A DNA stretch of 64,000 bases from Podarcis vaucheri (taxonomy: Eukaryota), in NCBI GenBank assembly GCA_965113315.1, contig OZ220368.1; one strand, 5' to 3'. The position numbers and the translations under genes were made by a program. How positions within the stretch are numbered: position 1 is the first letter of the stretch; every line of letters starts with the position of its first letter. Below, in pieces: positions 36,701-51,395 of this stretch. The notes below the pieces were generated by a model. The model had not been told where the DNA came from. It was given only the letters and a program-made list of their open reading frames with translations, and searched no databases.

Positions 36701-39700
36701 GCAAGTACTTAAAATGGATCGAATGTTTTGTATACGTCTGTACAAAGGGGTCACCCCAGCAAAGTACAGAAGTTCTGATCATGTGGGGCTGTTGCTATCA
36801 TATTGCTCCTTGACAAGTCGGAGCAGGAACAGAATACTTTACCTAGGCAACATGGAAGCCTATCATAGGAGAACAGTTTTCCAGGGGCTCCTATTCTATC
36901 TAAGTAATGTATTAGTTGGGCCATACAACCACCTTGAGAGATCATGCTGCACAACAGCAAAGGCAGAACCTCTTAGCACTTACTTCTGATATATTATTAA
37001 CATTAATAAAGAGTCCACAAATTATACCGTACTTCACCACAAAACTGCATATTGTTCCATGCTGATTGGCTGGAAATTATTAATTGCAGGAATAATTTAT
37101 TATTTTTATTTAATTAGATGGGGGTATGAAGCTACCTTCCCACTGTCTGGACTTCCAGAAAATTAAAAGAATTTACTTCTTTTAGCACTAGCAGCTAAAA
37201 TAATAATACTGAATATTGAAAAGAACATGACTGCAATATGCTTCTAGCTTAAACATTTTGCAGTTATCTTATAATGAAACTGAGAGTCTTAAAGACATCT
37301 GTGCACCATTCATGAGAGTGCAGGGTATAAAATGAGACTGGCTGCAGTCCCCTGCTTCTTGGTTTATCTTCTATTTCTTGTATCTCATTTTAGTTTGAAT
37401 GAATTATACATTTGGGAACATATTTTAAAATTATAACTGGTAAATTACTCTTTCCTAAGCAATTTCTTAAAATGGCACAATGCTAAAAAGTACCGACAGC
37501 AACTGACAACTAATCTCACAAGTTAGAGAACATAATGAAACTCCTCAGATTCCTGAAAGTGGACAAGTTTCATGAAACGTTGCATCCAAAGTTTTTAGCT
37601 TGGGTACTACAAATAAATAATAGCATTTACGTTTATGCTATATTTGTCTCTGTGCAAACCCAAATAAGGTTTAAACAGCAAACATAATGGGGGTCAGGAA
37701 ATAATGTCTCATCTTTAAAAACTCCCCCCTTTCTCTCTTGAAAACCTCGGCTATTATTTTAACTGGGAAAAGGGAGATCTAATTAAATCTGCTGATAAAA
37801 CTTAAGTGCTAAATAAATGCATTTCCAAGATCATGATAAAAAAATTGAATCACAGAATTTCAGAATCAGAAGAGACCTTGGAGATCATCTAATCCAACTT
37901 CCTAATCAAAGAAGGATCTGCAATGCAGAACTTAAATACAACATCCCCGACAACTGGTTGCCCAGGTTCTGCTTAAGTATTTCCAATGAAGGCAAGCCCA
38001 CCACCACCCAAGGCAGTCCATTCCACTGTCCAACAGCTCTTGGCTCTGAAACAACAGAAAACATGTCTGCTCCCTCTTGCGTGCAATAGCCCTTCAGGTA
38101 TTTGAAGGCAGCAGACATGTCTCCCCTTAACCTTTTCTTATCCACACCAAACCCACCCATTTTCCAACTGTCCCTCCAGACCCCGTACACCATCCTAGTC
38201 ACTATTCTCTGGACACACTTGCTTCACCGTTTCCTTTGTAAATTCCAGTATCCAGAAGTGGGCATAGTGCTACACACAACATTACTTTATTTGAGACCAG
38301 AAAGCTAAGGCGTGAATGGGGTAATCAAAGCAGTGCATGCAGAGATGTATAATGGGGGCTCACTGCAGCAGGCTCAATAAAAGTTACCCAGCCTTGCTAT
38401 TACATGATGCCTTTCCAAAATTCCATTTTACAGTCAGGAGAGGTGCTGCCAAGCTACTCTTAAACATTACAAAGGAAAGACAGGCTAGGAGCAAGTAATA
38501 TGGCTTTTTCCATTTAGGATACAATATTTTTTTTTATCAGTTACTGAACTGAGAAGGGACTTCTACTTACAAGCTATTAAAGAGTTTTCAAGATTAAATG
38601 AGAACATGACGGTATAGGCTAGATTATCAACAAACCTTTTTTACTCCCAGGATGTCTTCTATAAGGGTGGCTGTTTGCAGGAATGTCTTTTTATTTGTCA
38701 TCAATGTAAACAAGAACAATACAAAATCATTTCTTTCTGCCAATCGTTTAGTGACTCCTTCAGTCTACAATAATGAGAAACCACATATACACATGAGCAA
38801 AAGCTAACACTGCTGAGACAAACATCACATATAATTTTAAAATAATTTAGAAAAGCAGAGCTCTCCCAGGAGGCAGCAAAGTGGAAATTAAAAAGGAATG
38901 GAGAAAAGTGCCTTTCTTGTTATTCCACATAGGATTCTGAACCTTCCCAGCTTTCTTTGCCTTTAAGTAGAAGAGCAATAAATTCTCAACAGGGAAAGCT
39001 AGGCTGCTCAAATGACATGAGTATAAAAGTGCTTACCAGCTAAGTAAAGTATCCTATAGTCTTGCCAATGCATACAAATGTAATGTGAATGACAGGAATT
39101 ATTGGTTTGTTTTCATGTAACATTTAATGTCATGAACTCAACTCTAGTTTTCAACACTAATTTTACATTGATAAAAAGTTTCTTTTTTTTTTTAAAACCC
39201 AGCCCAAATACTACCAATAACATAAAATGACCCATACAATTCCAGAATAAAATTTAAAAAGCATACATAACTGAAGAGAGTCTTAAACAGGGAATGATAA
39301 CCAAGATTCCCACAGCAAGCCACTGCATTAAGGCTTAAAACACTTCAGCAATAAATAGCAATGAGTCCTTATTAAAAAGATGTTTAGACAAAATGCAAGC
39401 AGCAACAGGTTTGCTACAATGCAATTTGTGAAATGCAATAGAAATTTTAGCATCAAGAATATTGCAGCATGCAACATTAATTTAATGCTTTGAATGTTTT
39501 TCTCTGTCAGACCAAGAATCCCCTAAACCTAGCTGTATCACAAAACAAAAATTTTTGACAGAACAGAAAATATAACTTACACATATGCAAGTGTTGTACA
39601 ATATGCTTAAACAATCCTTGATGAGGTCATCGCTTACTGCAATAGAAAAAACTGATTAAGGCTTCCTGAACAATCAACCACAAACAAAGACATATGTCAC

Positions 39701-42700
39701 CACACTATTTAACAGCCCAAATGAACAAATGAAAAAAACCAGCAAGTATCTCAGCTGCTAAAATCCAATAAAAATGAGATCTGATCGAAGTTGAACACAC
39801 AGAGGAATGACAACTATTATTAGGGCAGGTAGGCAATCCGTTCATATCAAGTTTATATGGCTGACAGAAATACTGCAGATATCATGTGATATTCCTGTTC
39901 TGAACACCACATGAAACAAGAAACTGTGAGACTTTGACTTCCTTTTATTACCTTATGAGCCTATATATATGCCACATGATTCTAGCCTTGCTTCTAAATG
40001 AAAGGGCATTTAGCTTGTCTGGATTGTGAAACTCTGTGCCTATTATTATATGTAAGCAGTGCTGGTCCATTTGCTGATGTTGTTTGTATTAGCCTAAGAA
40101 AGCTAGCCTTTGTTGCTTTGTATCCTGTCTTGTAATTCACAACTGTAGTCTTAACAATGGTTTCTTCTTATACTTTCACTGGGATACTGGAGTCTATTTT
40201 TTTTTAAAACTATTTTTAATTTAATTTTTAAGAAATCTACTTCACCTATTTCCTGTGCGTTCTTCTGTGTAAGATTTCTAGAACTAAATCCATGGACTTG
40301 GCTGCTCAGACAAACTGCTACTGAATAACCTCCTGGAGGCTTATGTATTGTTGGAACAGAAAGTCTGGTTCTTAGTATTTTGTTTCTCAAATCTTAGGTG
40401 ACGTTCTGTAAAGCTCTGCGATTTTCCTAGCCAAAACTGGTGGACTCACAGGAGTGATGACAGTGGTTGGTGTTTAATTCTGGCCATTTGGCTACTGCTA
40501 CCAACAAGACTTGGGCTTGCCTCCAGGGTTTGGGGAGCGGGTCCACACTGGTTATTGTGCATCACTATCCAGATGTTACTAAGTAGTCTAATGCTGTTTT
40601 ATGGATGTGCTATGTTCACTGCCTATATACTTTGTTTATTGTGCAGTATTTAATCCTATAAACAAACATGGTTTACCAGCATTTATCACCTCTGCAACCA
40701 TAAAAGTTAAGAAACTGTGTGGTAAAACTTCATTTTCATACATCATTAAAACACACACACACACAATGCTAGCAAACAAGCATTGCTACCAGTACTTGGT
40801 TTAGTGACCAATTATTCTATCAGGATACGAGAAGAGATGGAAACAAAACAAGGTTTGATGAAGGAAGTATATTACTGACTTACTTTTCTGCTTCTTCTTT
40901 TGTGTAATAAGAGTTGGTCTCATAAGTATTTCTACTAGAAGCTGTGAAAATTAGATACATAATAACTTTATATAGATGCATCTTAATAAAAAAAAGAACC
41001 TAATTTTTGGGCTATATTGAAATTTAAAGCAAACTACTTTAAAAAATGACAATTCCGCTCTATTGTACTGCACAAAACATCCAGAGTCCTACTTTACTAT
41101 GCTTTTCTTCAAAACAATAGTCATATTTCAAAAGCAATGCAATGACATTGTTTGCCTTTTAAAAGAAACTATATGAGAAGTATGTTCGTGCATGCTGCAA
41201 AGCTGGTGCAAAGTTCCCACAACATTTCTCCCCTTCTGCTGCCATGCTACAGACAAAAATTAGTCTGAATCTGGCTTGTTGTGTGATCTGAACACAGGCT
41301 TGTGGTTTCTCCTAAATAAGAGGCAAGCCTAAAAGAAAAATATTGCTTACCTGTCATGGTTGGTTTGGAAAGAAATGAATCATGAACCTGGATTCAGATG
41401 ATACAGCAACCCAGACTCTGATTTATTTAATCTGTGGTGTGGCAGAAACAAGACTGGGGGAAGAACACTGCAGGAACTATTGAGAAATGTGCACACTGCT
41501 TGTTGAGATTAGACAATAATATGTTTTAAAGTATGGTTTAATGGGATACAGTAGGTGAACTGGGCCAATGGCTGAATTCACAGGCAACTAAACCATAATT
41601 TAGTATTGTGTATAAGCTTTGGGACCATGTGACTGAAGAAGAGCTTGGAAGCACGTGCTTCCACTTTCAATGAAGTGCTGTTACCTGTTATCTCCAAGCA
41701 CAGACAAACTACGGTTAGTGCCTAGTGAAACAAACCACCTTTAAATCATGACTGATTGTCCTAGCTTCCTTCAATACACTATAGTAAGCATTAACATAGG
41801 TTTGCTGTGCTTCAACCATAATGAAAAAATATTGAAATTAGGGGTGTAAACCTCTGGCCTCTATGATGCAGCTATTCTGGGGGAAAGCACATAAGCAAAA
41901 GACTTAGCTATACTTCAGTGTTGTATGAAAATCAAGCTACAGTTTAAATTTATATTTATATTCAAAACAAAATCACTGGGGAAACAGATATTCAAAACTT
42001 TACTGAGGCAATGCCATTTGCAGAGGACATGGATAGTCTACCGATCTTTACATTTGCAGGGCAAGCTTCCCCCCTGCCATGTATTAATATTTTAAATATA
42101 CACATATACTTAACTAATGTTTACTGAATATACACACTGGGAAAACTCAATTCACACTTACATAAATATAAGTGAAGTGAATTAAAATAATGGATACTTT
42201 TATTCACCCCATACACCCTTTTATATGACCCTTCTTTTCCATTTCAAAGAAAGACTTGGGATAAGACTGATAAGGGGTTAAAAAAGACAGAAGCAGCTAT
42301 TGGAAAAGGAAACAATGTCACCCAGAAAACATTCCAGACAATTGTAGCAAAGCTATCTATAGGACTATGGGGCACCTCCTGCCCTTGAAAATGGCCATTG
42401 CACATTCCTGCACCTTATGGAAGCCACCCTGTCCTCCCTATCAGTTGACACAGTAGCACCAATAGCTGGTGCTTTCCCAGAGCAAGAATCAGGGCTGGCA
42501 TCCAGTCTATTCTTTCAGTAGTGGCCCAGGATGCAATTGTATAGCACAACATACAGGACTGGACCACAAACCACCCCTCTATCGTTAAGGAGGACAGGAC
42601 TCTATAATATACGCCTGTGGCCTCTCCTTGAGAAGGCTGCATAGAAGTTGAATACATTGCCACTTTTAAAAGCTATAGGCTACTTAAAATCTGCGCTGCC

Positions 42701-45700
42701 TGTAGCTTATCTGATCAAGACGTTATATCAACCGGCATCACTACTCAGTCTTTGTGCATATTAGTTGTAAAATTGTAGCTTATACAGACAAAAGGTTTTT
42801 GTAACTTCCCATTGAACTTGGAAGAGGATTTAAAAGATTTTGATGTAGTAGGCAGCTCCATATTTTAGTGTGAAATAGCTTAGTTTCAATATTAGTTCAA
42901 GCTAGCTATTAAGATTCTGTAGTAATAAAAGAACGTGCTTTTCTAAATTTATCTTTAAGATACAGACATGTTGCTCTCCAAGCTTTTAACTATGACCTTG
43001 TGTTTAATTTATAGACAACTTTTAGTTAGCTCTATCACAGACCCATTCATTACGGCCACTCATATATTGACAAGGGGTTCCATTGCCAGAGCCAGCCTCC
43101 CACTAAATGGAAGCTTTATTAAGATTAAAGATTTGGTTATGAAATATGCAAAAGGAAACTAGACACTTTGTACTTAATATACTGGATTCAAGAGGCTAAG
43201 TATTAATTATATACGTCAGGATCCTATGACTCTCAAGAAGATTGAATAACACTTCTGAGCCATGACAACCCTCAACTTTCTTAGCACTGAAATTATGGGT
43301 GCCCCATAAACGTTTTGAAATGCTGAAGGACAGTTGGCCCGTCAGGTTATGAGACGCCTAATATAGAATGCATTTACCTTGCAACACAAAAAATACGCAG
43401 TGCCTCTGATGAAGAGTCTTACTTCAAAATATACTGGGTGAAATAAGTCACACACTTCTAGTGCCACTTACAGCAGGGGTGCAGAACCTGTGGCCCTCCA
43501 GATTATAAGCATGATCAAGGATTGTTGGAGTTGCAGTGTTCAAAACTCCCACTGTTCTAAGGCACATTTTGTGATAGGGAATTTCATTAGTGTGAGGAAT
43601 TTCTGAGCTCTGGGTGCAGTACTGAACCTAAGATTTCAGATTAAAACTGCAGAGTAGAAGGAAAGGGGGACATTTTTCTGCCTCCCCACTTCCAGCTACT
43701 CTCTGAAGACTGGAGAAGAGACCCTCTTAAGAATATATGGGGGGAGCGGGTGAAGGACTAGACCATGTAAAAAATGAACATAATATTTTAGCTGCAGATC
43801 CTTCCACTTTCAACCTAGACATTCCATTGTTGCACCCATAACCTAGGTTTAAGGTGCCATTTAACTTTTATATCTCAGTTTCTAACACTGTGGAGTTGTA
43901 GTCTGAAAAACCCAGAGGGCCAAGGTTCTGCACTCTAGAAGTTTCTTCTGATTTTCTGTATTAGTGCCCTCCATCCTTACCTCTCTTGATGCTACAAGTA
44001 CCCCATGGACTGCTAGTTAGTCATTCCTGCTAGAGAGAAAACATTCCCGTTCCTTGTGATACTCAATCTGATTGAGGGAGATTCCTTCCTAGCATCCAAT
44101 AAAGTGATGCAAATTCATGCTGCTTTACACCCCCCTAACCCAAAAGAATGGAAGAAACACACCAAGATCACATAACTAGTTGCACCCTGTGGCTGCTTAT
44201 TCAACTTGTAGAGTGAAATTGTGTTTTCTCTTAAGCCTTCATTTTCTAAGCCAAAAGGCCAAGTTACTTTAGTCTCCAAAAACACAATATTCCTATTGTA
44301 ATGAAGAATCCCTTCCTTACATTTTAAATTTGGCTTTCTTGGGTAACCAAACCTTCCTATGGCAGTACTATTGTCTTGAACAAGAGTATTAGTATTTAAT
44401 TATTCCTACTACTAATGCCTCACTCAATGTGTTAGTTACTGTATTTGACAATATGCTACAGCAATTTTTTTAAAAAAGTAGAAACCACTTACATCAACTC
44501 CTCCAAATAAGTCAAATGTGTACGTATTTGGAAAAGTGGATTCTTGAGCAGACTTTCTCTCTTCTGTGACAAATGCCATAGCTTCCATTGAAAGGAGGGG
44601 AGAAATCTCCTGGCAGGGAACAAAAGTTAAAGTTGTAAGTACTGAGAGATACTTCATATCAAAGCATATTATTCAAAGTAGTTGCAGAAGGTTACTGAGG
44701 GTACTTATGAGATTTTCAAAACATCAATTTGCAGCACCAGATAACCGATTTCATAAAAAAATATACAAATACAGATTAATTCACTGCATCAGCAGCTAAA
44801 TGTGATATCAGAAAACAGAACATACATAATTATTCTATCAATGTAGTCTGAAATGCCAAGCTTCCAAACATGCAAGATTGGGAAAAGAAATGATTTCTAA
44901 GTAAATATGTGAAACACATTTGTTGAAATTCACTTTATATGAGCAGAACTTGAACCAATACTCAATTCCTTTTTACTCTTCTGGAAAAAATAACCAAAGG
45001 GTTGGAGAATCTTCTGTATGAAGAAAGCTTAAAGCTTTGAGGATGTTTAGCTGGGAGTGGGGGAGACAACAAATTAGGGCTCTGATAGCAGTCCATACAA
45101 TTATGCACAGGATGGAAATAGCTTTTGGAAATGCATTTGAGGGGCCACTGAGAGAATCTGTGACTAACACGTAACTTATGAATTGACTTAGAATATCAGA
45201 GGAAACTGAGAATGGATTCTGCTGCATGCATCAGTCTGCCAGTAAGAAGCATTACCTTTAAGATGCCTTGGCACTGGGATAAATCACTGTTGGGATGACT
45301 GTTCTCATACAGCTTCTGTAACAGCAAGGGAATTCCATTCCACTTTGCTTGTTTATCTCTTTCCTTTAACAAAGCTTCTGTGAGCTACAAGACAAGATAA
45401 AGATGAGACTGACACATTTCTCAGATATAATATATTTTATACTGCCCCAGAGCATGCATCATGCTACCTTATGTCTTGGAAACTGGTCACTATACCCAAA
45501 TTGTGAGCTCACTGTATCTGATATTCACTATTACACTAGGTCTGTTCAGGCATCCCCAATCATGCAGAAACTTCTTTTTCTTGATATAGAAGGGACAACA
45601 AATTGCCTTCAAACTTGGAAGCCAACAGTTAATTCTACTGACCCACTAGAATACATTAAAAGTGTCCCTGAGCTCACACAGTATGTCCTTTCCTTTCCAC

Positions 45701-48700
45701 TAAGCAAGTTTCCTTCCCACACTGTTGAGGAGGGCTCATAAAACTCATGGTATAAGTCTGAGTCCCTGGATGTCTTTCTTTAGAAATTAAACACTGTCCC
45801 CATCTCTCCAACAAGCATTCTAAATAGCAGGTAATGGTGTTAACAATGCTTCCACAAGAATAGAAGTTCTTTCATTGTGAGTGAGATTTGGAAATTCAGT
45901 TGTCATTCACGTGAAAATCTGGATACAAAGAGGGTTCTGTATTCTGATACAGGCAACACTGTGTGACCTTAATTACAACAGATCTTTAGTGCCAAGCAGA
46001 CTGTAACATTTGAAGAATGGGGCCAGTGATGTTTAGTCAAATACTCTGATACTCATAACAGGACTAGTATGGTTTACTCACTGAAAATTGTACTTTTGTT
46101 AATGTACTAAATCCACATATGTTCATTGCATCTTACTTATAAGAAAAACTTATAGGTGTGTGTTCTAATTGTCCTAACACTTGCCAAAGCAGATTTCTGC
46201 AAATTCCCCAACAACTGATATTGGGACCTGTGCTTTTTAACTTGGTCATAAATTATTTAGAGTTGATGGTACCAAAATGATCTGGATAGTTAAAACAAAA
46301 ATGAGGAAGAGCTTTGAAAGGATCTATCTAAACTGGGTGAATAAGCAGTAAAATGGCAAATGTAACACTATGTAGTCAAGTAAACTGATGCAAACTGGGG
46401 CACTTTTCTCTCTAAATTTCACATAAGGAGTCTGAATTGGTGGTGGTGGTAACTGAATAGAAATGAGGACTTGAGTTTGTGGTGGATAGCTTGATGAACA
46501 TGTCAAGCCAATGTACAGCTGCTAAAACATGATTTTTGAAATCAGCATTAAAAATGTTTGACCTTGGTCAACTGAAGCAAACATTGCCACTACAGCTGGG
46601 GGTGGGGTGGAGGACAGATTTATAATCTCCTAGGCTCCCTTTGAAGGTTACCCTAAGGAAAATGGGAAATATTGTTTTCAGATATCATTGTGAGTTAAGC
46701 TTTTCCTCATTCGTCAGCTGGTTAACATAGTTTAGCTATTGTAAACAGTAGTAAAAACCAAGCCACTCCATTATTTCTTTTGCTTAAAGCTTTTCCCATT
46801 CCAAAACAGTCCTAAAAATTCTTACCATTCTCTAGTAGGCCAATGTCTAGTGCTGAATTTCCAAAACATTTAAAAATAATAATAATAATCCACCAGCAAT
46901 ATTTTCCATAGTATTGAAAACTGACAGCTAGGCTCTGAATGTGATCTTTTTTAAGGCCACCTAGATCAAATCTGTAGATCAAGAGATTCCCTGCTTTCTG
47001 TTATAACTATACTATATTAATAAAACCCACAGCTCTCACATACGAGTATTGCAAAGGAAATAAGCAAAGTTATCAGCCAGAGTAGTGATAATGGTGAGGT
47101 ATGTTAACAATGTGCAACTGCTGACTAGTTTGTTGCTAATAAAAAATACTAATACAAAAAGAAAATTTAATTGCTTTCCCTGCTATATCATCCACCTATA
47201 TTTTTCTTTCGTAGATTATTATCTTCTTTATAAAAATGAAAATGGGTTGTTTTTTTAAATTGTCATTGGTACAGATAAATTATAAATTCACAGATGTTGA
47301 TAGTACTGTAAATAAAGGGTTGTATCCAACATAGTGCTATATGAACATTCTATCTGTGCAATAATTTCTGCTTGTGCAACAGAACGTCCCCCCTCCTTTC
47401 CCCCTGCATGCCCCCTAAACCAATTCTAGAGGGTTACCTCAACCTTACAGAGCAGAGTTGGAGAGTGTGGAGAGTGTGTGTCAGGAAAGTCCAGTCATGC
47501 AAGGATCAATCCTTGCACTGATGGGATACTGTCGTTTCATTCTGTATTATCTTTAGACTCATAAACTAATATTTTGTAAATTATCCTGCATTTTCAATAT
47601 CCAAAATATAACTTACTCTAGTTCCCCACAAGTGTGTTATCCTCATCTTCCTTCCCTTATTTTATGAAAATTAGGAAGCCTTATTAAAATACTCTAGATT
47701 TTCAATAACCACTGAAGGGTTAAAATAAATTTTCTAAGTAGGGTTGCTTGTCAAGATGTGAGATCTAATTTAGCGGAAGCAGGTGCCTGCTTACACAATG
47801 CGGCTTTCCCTTCATTTCCTCCTCATGGACCCCCAAAACACAACCCCCAAATCTGCTCTGGGGGAATTCAGGGACCATTCAGCAGATTTTAGGGGGAGAG
47901 AAGAGAAACTAGAAATCCCATTGTGCAAACAGACAGACATCATTTAGATGTTGGCCAAGTGGGCAGCTTATGTGTGCCATCAGTTTTGTCAGGTTCTAGA
48001 CAGAATTAACATCACAACTCTTTTCAGATATAAGGACTCCTCACATTATGATTTTTCTTCACAGATACACCGTATTTTTCGCTCTATAACACGCACCCGA
48101 CCATAACACGCACGTAGTTTTTAGAGGAGGAAAATCTGTAGGCATGCCACCCATAGGCATTTCCTCCATAACATGCACAGACATTTCCCCTTACTTTCTA
48201 GGAGGAAAAAAGTGAGTGTTATGGTGCAAAAAATACGGCAACTTTCACTATAAGAAAAACAAACAAACTAGATTTACAAGTATCTTTTGTTATGCATACC
48301 TGAGCTGGAAAATCACAGTTTCTGTACTGTGAACACTGGCACCAGAAAAGCTGTGTGTGATTGTAACGTGCAGTAGTGATGATGCCCATGCAGAAAATGC
48401 AATGTGCATGACACAGTGATGAATTCTCCCCTCCCCATGAAAATGCTATTGAAATGCAGATTCCATTACCATGGAAAAGAATCAATGCTTCAAATTCTCT
48501 TTTCATTCCCAATCTTGCAACAAAGCAGTGACAAGAACCTTCTACACAAAAAGTTTTGACTAGCAACTCCATGCTAAAGTGTTGCAGCAGAGATAGGTAA
48601 CTTTGGGCCATTGCAGCTTCCCCACCCCCTAACTCACAGGGACTTCTATTTTAAGAAGTCCCTGTGAGCAGAACAAAACAGTATTTTAAATTCAGCATTC

Positions 48701-51395
48701 ACACTTAACAAAGCTTCTGGCTCCACCATTTTCAGAGAAGAGTTTTTAAAAATTCTGGATGTAAATTTCCATATAATTTAGTTTATTGTGCCAAAAGAGA
48801 AAGGAATGCTGATCAAGCATGAAATATATGCAAGCAAACAGCACAGATTCAAAGGTTCAAAACTCATCGAAGAAACCCAACTAGGAGTTTACAAGATCAA
48901 TGTCATCTTTTCCACTAGTCATCAAACCAGAACTCTTCTAGTATTCAGGGGAAATGACTAAAGGAAATGACTTAAGTAGGATAGGCACAACATATTTCAC
49001 TGAAGGACAAAAAAAGAACTGAGCAAGTTAGGTTATCCTGGTAAGTAAATTCTATTTTCAAGTTAGAAAAAAAATCACTTTAGGCAGCTAGAAACTTGCC
49101 TCAAAGGAAGGAATATAATTTTTAACATTTACATTGTGCATTTTGATCATAATCCAACAGTGTTAAAACTCCTTTAAATCACTGAAAACAGCAGGCTTCG
49201 GTGTACCCAGCTCAGTGCTGGATTGCAACATTAAATTATATTGTGAGGTATCACATACAAAGGAATATTTCTTCAAAAAACTTCACATATATTTGTGGCA
49301 AATATTTTCATTTTGGCTGGTTCCAGGACACAGTAATAGTCCATGTGGCTGATTTTCCTTATACCAATGCAATCCAACTAAACTTACAGAAATGGGAATA
49401 TAAGGCATCTTTCTATTTCTGTAACACCCTTCAGAGACAGGACAGACTTGCATACCAGAATGGTAGATCACTATTTCCCATTCCCTATCTTGAACCGATA
49501 CCATTATGTCTCCCATTATATATAAAAAAAAATTGATTGGCCTGACTTAATTAATCCACCTTTATGTATTGGTTAAGCAAGCTATGTTCACAGCAAATGC
49601 TATTTTTAACATTGATAATTTTAGTACGCTCCAATATGAAATCATAGAATCATAGAGTTGGAAGAGACCACAAGGGCCATCGAGTCCAACCCCCTGCCAA
49701 GCAGGAAACACATCTCTGTAAAATTTAGGTTTTAATAATGTGCATGTAATTCTTATTCAGATACTTTTTAAAAATAGCAATTGTTTGTATTTGATGTAGT
49801 TGTTTTAGATGCTACTAAAATTATTATGCTTTGATGACAGTAAATTATGTTTGATCAAAACCATTGCCAAAGCTGAAATGAATGTATTTTGAGGACATGA
49901 TTTATTGAATCCTTTCATTTTTTAAATTTAATACTTATGTTTTATTTAGGTGATTTCAGTTAAAAGAAATAAAGGGATACAGGAAAAAAGAAGCAAGGGA
50001 GAACAACATAATCAACAACAAAGATACTTATAAAAGCAAAAATATAGATCTTTATTGAAGTTGGGTATTTTGTGGACTGTAGTCTTCAAATAAATGAAAA
50101 AGGTTAGAAAAAATTATCTCCCTCAAAGGCAAAAATGGGTATAAATATCCATTCCTTTGAGAATCTCCCATTCTTCCATTTCAGAGGCCAATATCAACTT
50201 TTGCCTGATGCCCAATTTTAGCCTTGCTTATTCAGGTAATTATGATTTAATTAGGGTTTCACAGCTCAGTATCGATAATCAACATTGTAGATTTGCAATG
50301 TTGGTACTTCAGGTTTTTATGGCATTAACTTCATATGTCTTTTCCCCCCTGCAATGCTTAAGTTCTACTAAATAAAGAAAACGTATTTGATATGTGTCCT
50401 TGGACACTATTATTTCCTAATGCTCCTAAACGTGGCAGCTGTTATGGGGGAAAGGAGGTGAAAAATTCAACTGCCAGACTTTGTGTCTGCTACATAAAGA
50501 TCACACTTTTAAGATTGCCTCTCGGAACACAGCAAAATTGCCACACGTTGACTCAGCGATGGAGAACACGGTGACGGTGCTCTTATATTCTGCCAACTGA
50601 CTCCAGCTTGGGAGTCATACCTTGCCATGGGGCTGTGCAAGACGCCCGTGCGCGCGCAAAAAACTCCGGCGAGCAAGGCAAGACGACACCTTTCCAACGA
50701 AGTAAACTGGATTGCATGCTACTGGGGGAAAGGTACCGGACTTCAGCAAATGCCAAAGAGGCAATGGCCTTATTAACAGAAAAGCCGTTGAGAGTTGCAG
50801 ACCAGGAAGCCAAGCAGGCCTCGCAGCAGAAACTCCAGGATTCCCTGGGAGCCCAGAAAGACGAGCGGCAGAAAGCCTCTGACTCCCATATTTCCGAGGG
50901 TGGGGGAGATGGGATAAAATTGCCCGAGCTCGCCTTAACGGGTGCCAAGAAGGGCCGCCTCCTGGATGCGGGTATGGGGGTTGGGAGAGACAAAGGGGCG
51001 GCATCACACGCGAGGGAGGGACAGGGGCGAAAACCGCCCCCCACTTCCCACCCCAGAGTGAGCGGCAAAAGGCAAGGCTAGAAAGGGACGTGGCTCGGCC
51101 GCGGCCTCGCTCCCCGCCTCGTCCCTCCCGCCGCCCCGTCTCCCGAGCGGAGCCTCTTCTGAGGGAGGTGGCGTGTCGGCGTCGCCTCAGCCTCGGCCTT
51201 CCCACAAAGCCCGCCTCAGCCCCGCGGTACCTGCGGCCCCCGCGACAGGCCCCGGCCACTGAGCTGCGCCTGCCGGAGCTGGGCCAGGATGTTGGCCGGC
51301 CTTCGGCAGGCTCCCGTCCGCCCCGGCGCTCCGGGATCCGAGCCCGCTGCCGCGAGCGGGGGCGCCGCTCCTGCTCCTTTCGCCGCCGCCGCCAT
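27766..51395 (-). CDS. TRPC4AP: TRPC4-associated protein (TRUSS; CUL4-DDB1 substrate receptor), complete, 19 exons, 787 aa
   Basis: Exons in transcript order: 51395-51231, 45384-45256, 44609-44493, 40941-40884, 39636-39581, 38764-38636, 35948-35747, 35585-35397, 35101-34959, 34705-34574, 34292-34234, 33324-33223, 31508-31425, 30992-30902, 30565-30425, 30336-30228, 29728-29616, 29443-29237, 27903-27766 (2364 nt, open). Recognisable peptides: EISPLLSMEAMAFVTEERK, MKIMHEIMYKLEVLYVLCVLLMGRQRNQ, FWQARAVESFLRG, LLRFWQQHYLNKDKDSTCLEN; ends ...MDMDRDFAEE-stop. Confidence 0.95.
33584..33750. mobile_element. Palindromic MITE; related copies near 47320-47530 and 47760-47950
   Basis: Inverted arms GCAGAATGACTTCTGCTTGTGCAACAGAA / TTCTGTTGCACAAGCAGGAATCATTCTGC. 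Confidence 0.6.
36442..36647. mobile_element. Tc1/mariner (Tigger-like) MITE
   Basis: TIRs CAGTAAGCCTGCAATTT / AAGTTGTGGGCTTACTG, flanked by TA on both sides. Confidence 0.7.
37848..38220 (-). mobile_element. CR1 LINE 3' fragment
   Basis: Translates KKRLRGDMSAAFKYLKG (CR1 ORF2 C-terminal motif). Degenerate CR1 octamer tail AATCACAGAATTTCAGAATC on +. Confidence 0.8.
43534..43890. mobile_element. hAT-type element nested in an older MITE (~43473-43938)
   Basis: Ends CAGTGTT / AACACTG. Perfect 8-bp TSD TGGAGTTG (43526-43533, 43891-43898). Confidence 0.75.
48070..48238. mobile_element. Tc1/mariner-pogo family MITE
   Basis: TIRs CCGTATTTTTCGCTCTATAACACGCAC / GTGAGTGTTATGGTGCAAAAAATACGG; internal repeats of ATAACACGCAC. 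Confidence 0.75.
49640..49710 (-). mobile_element. Short CR1 3' terminus (similar remnant near 55730-55790)
   Basis: AATCATAGAATCATAGAGTTGGAAGAGACC...CATCGAGTCCAACCCC is a typical CR1 tail in reverse. Confidence 0.7.
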
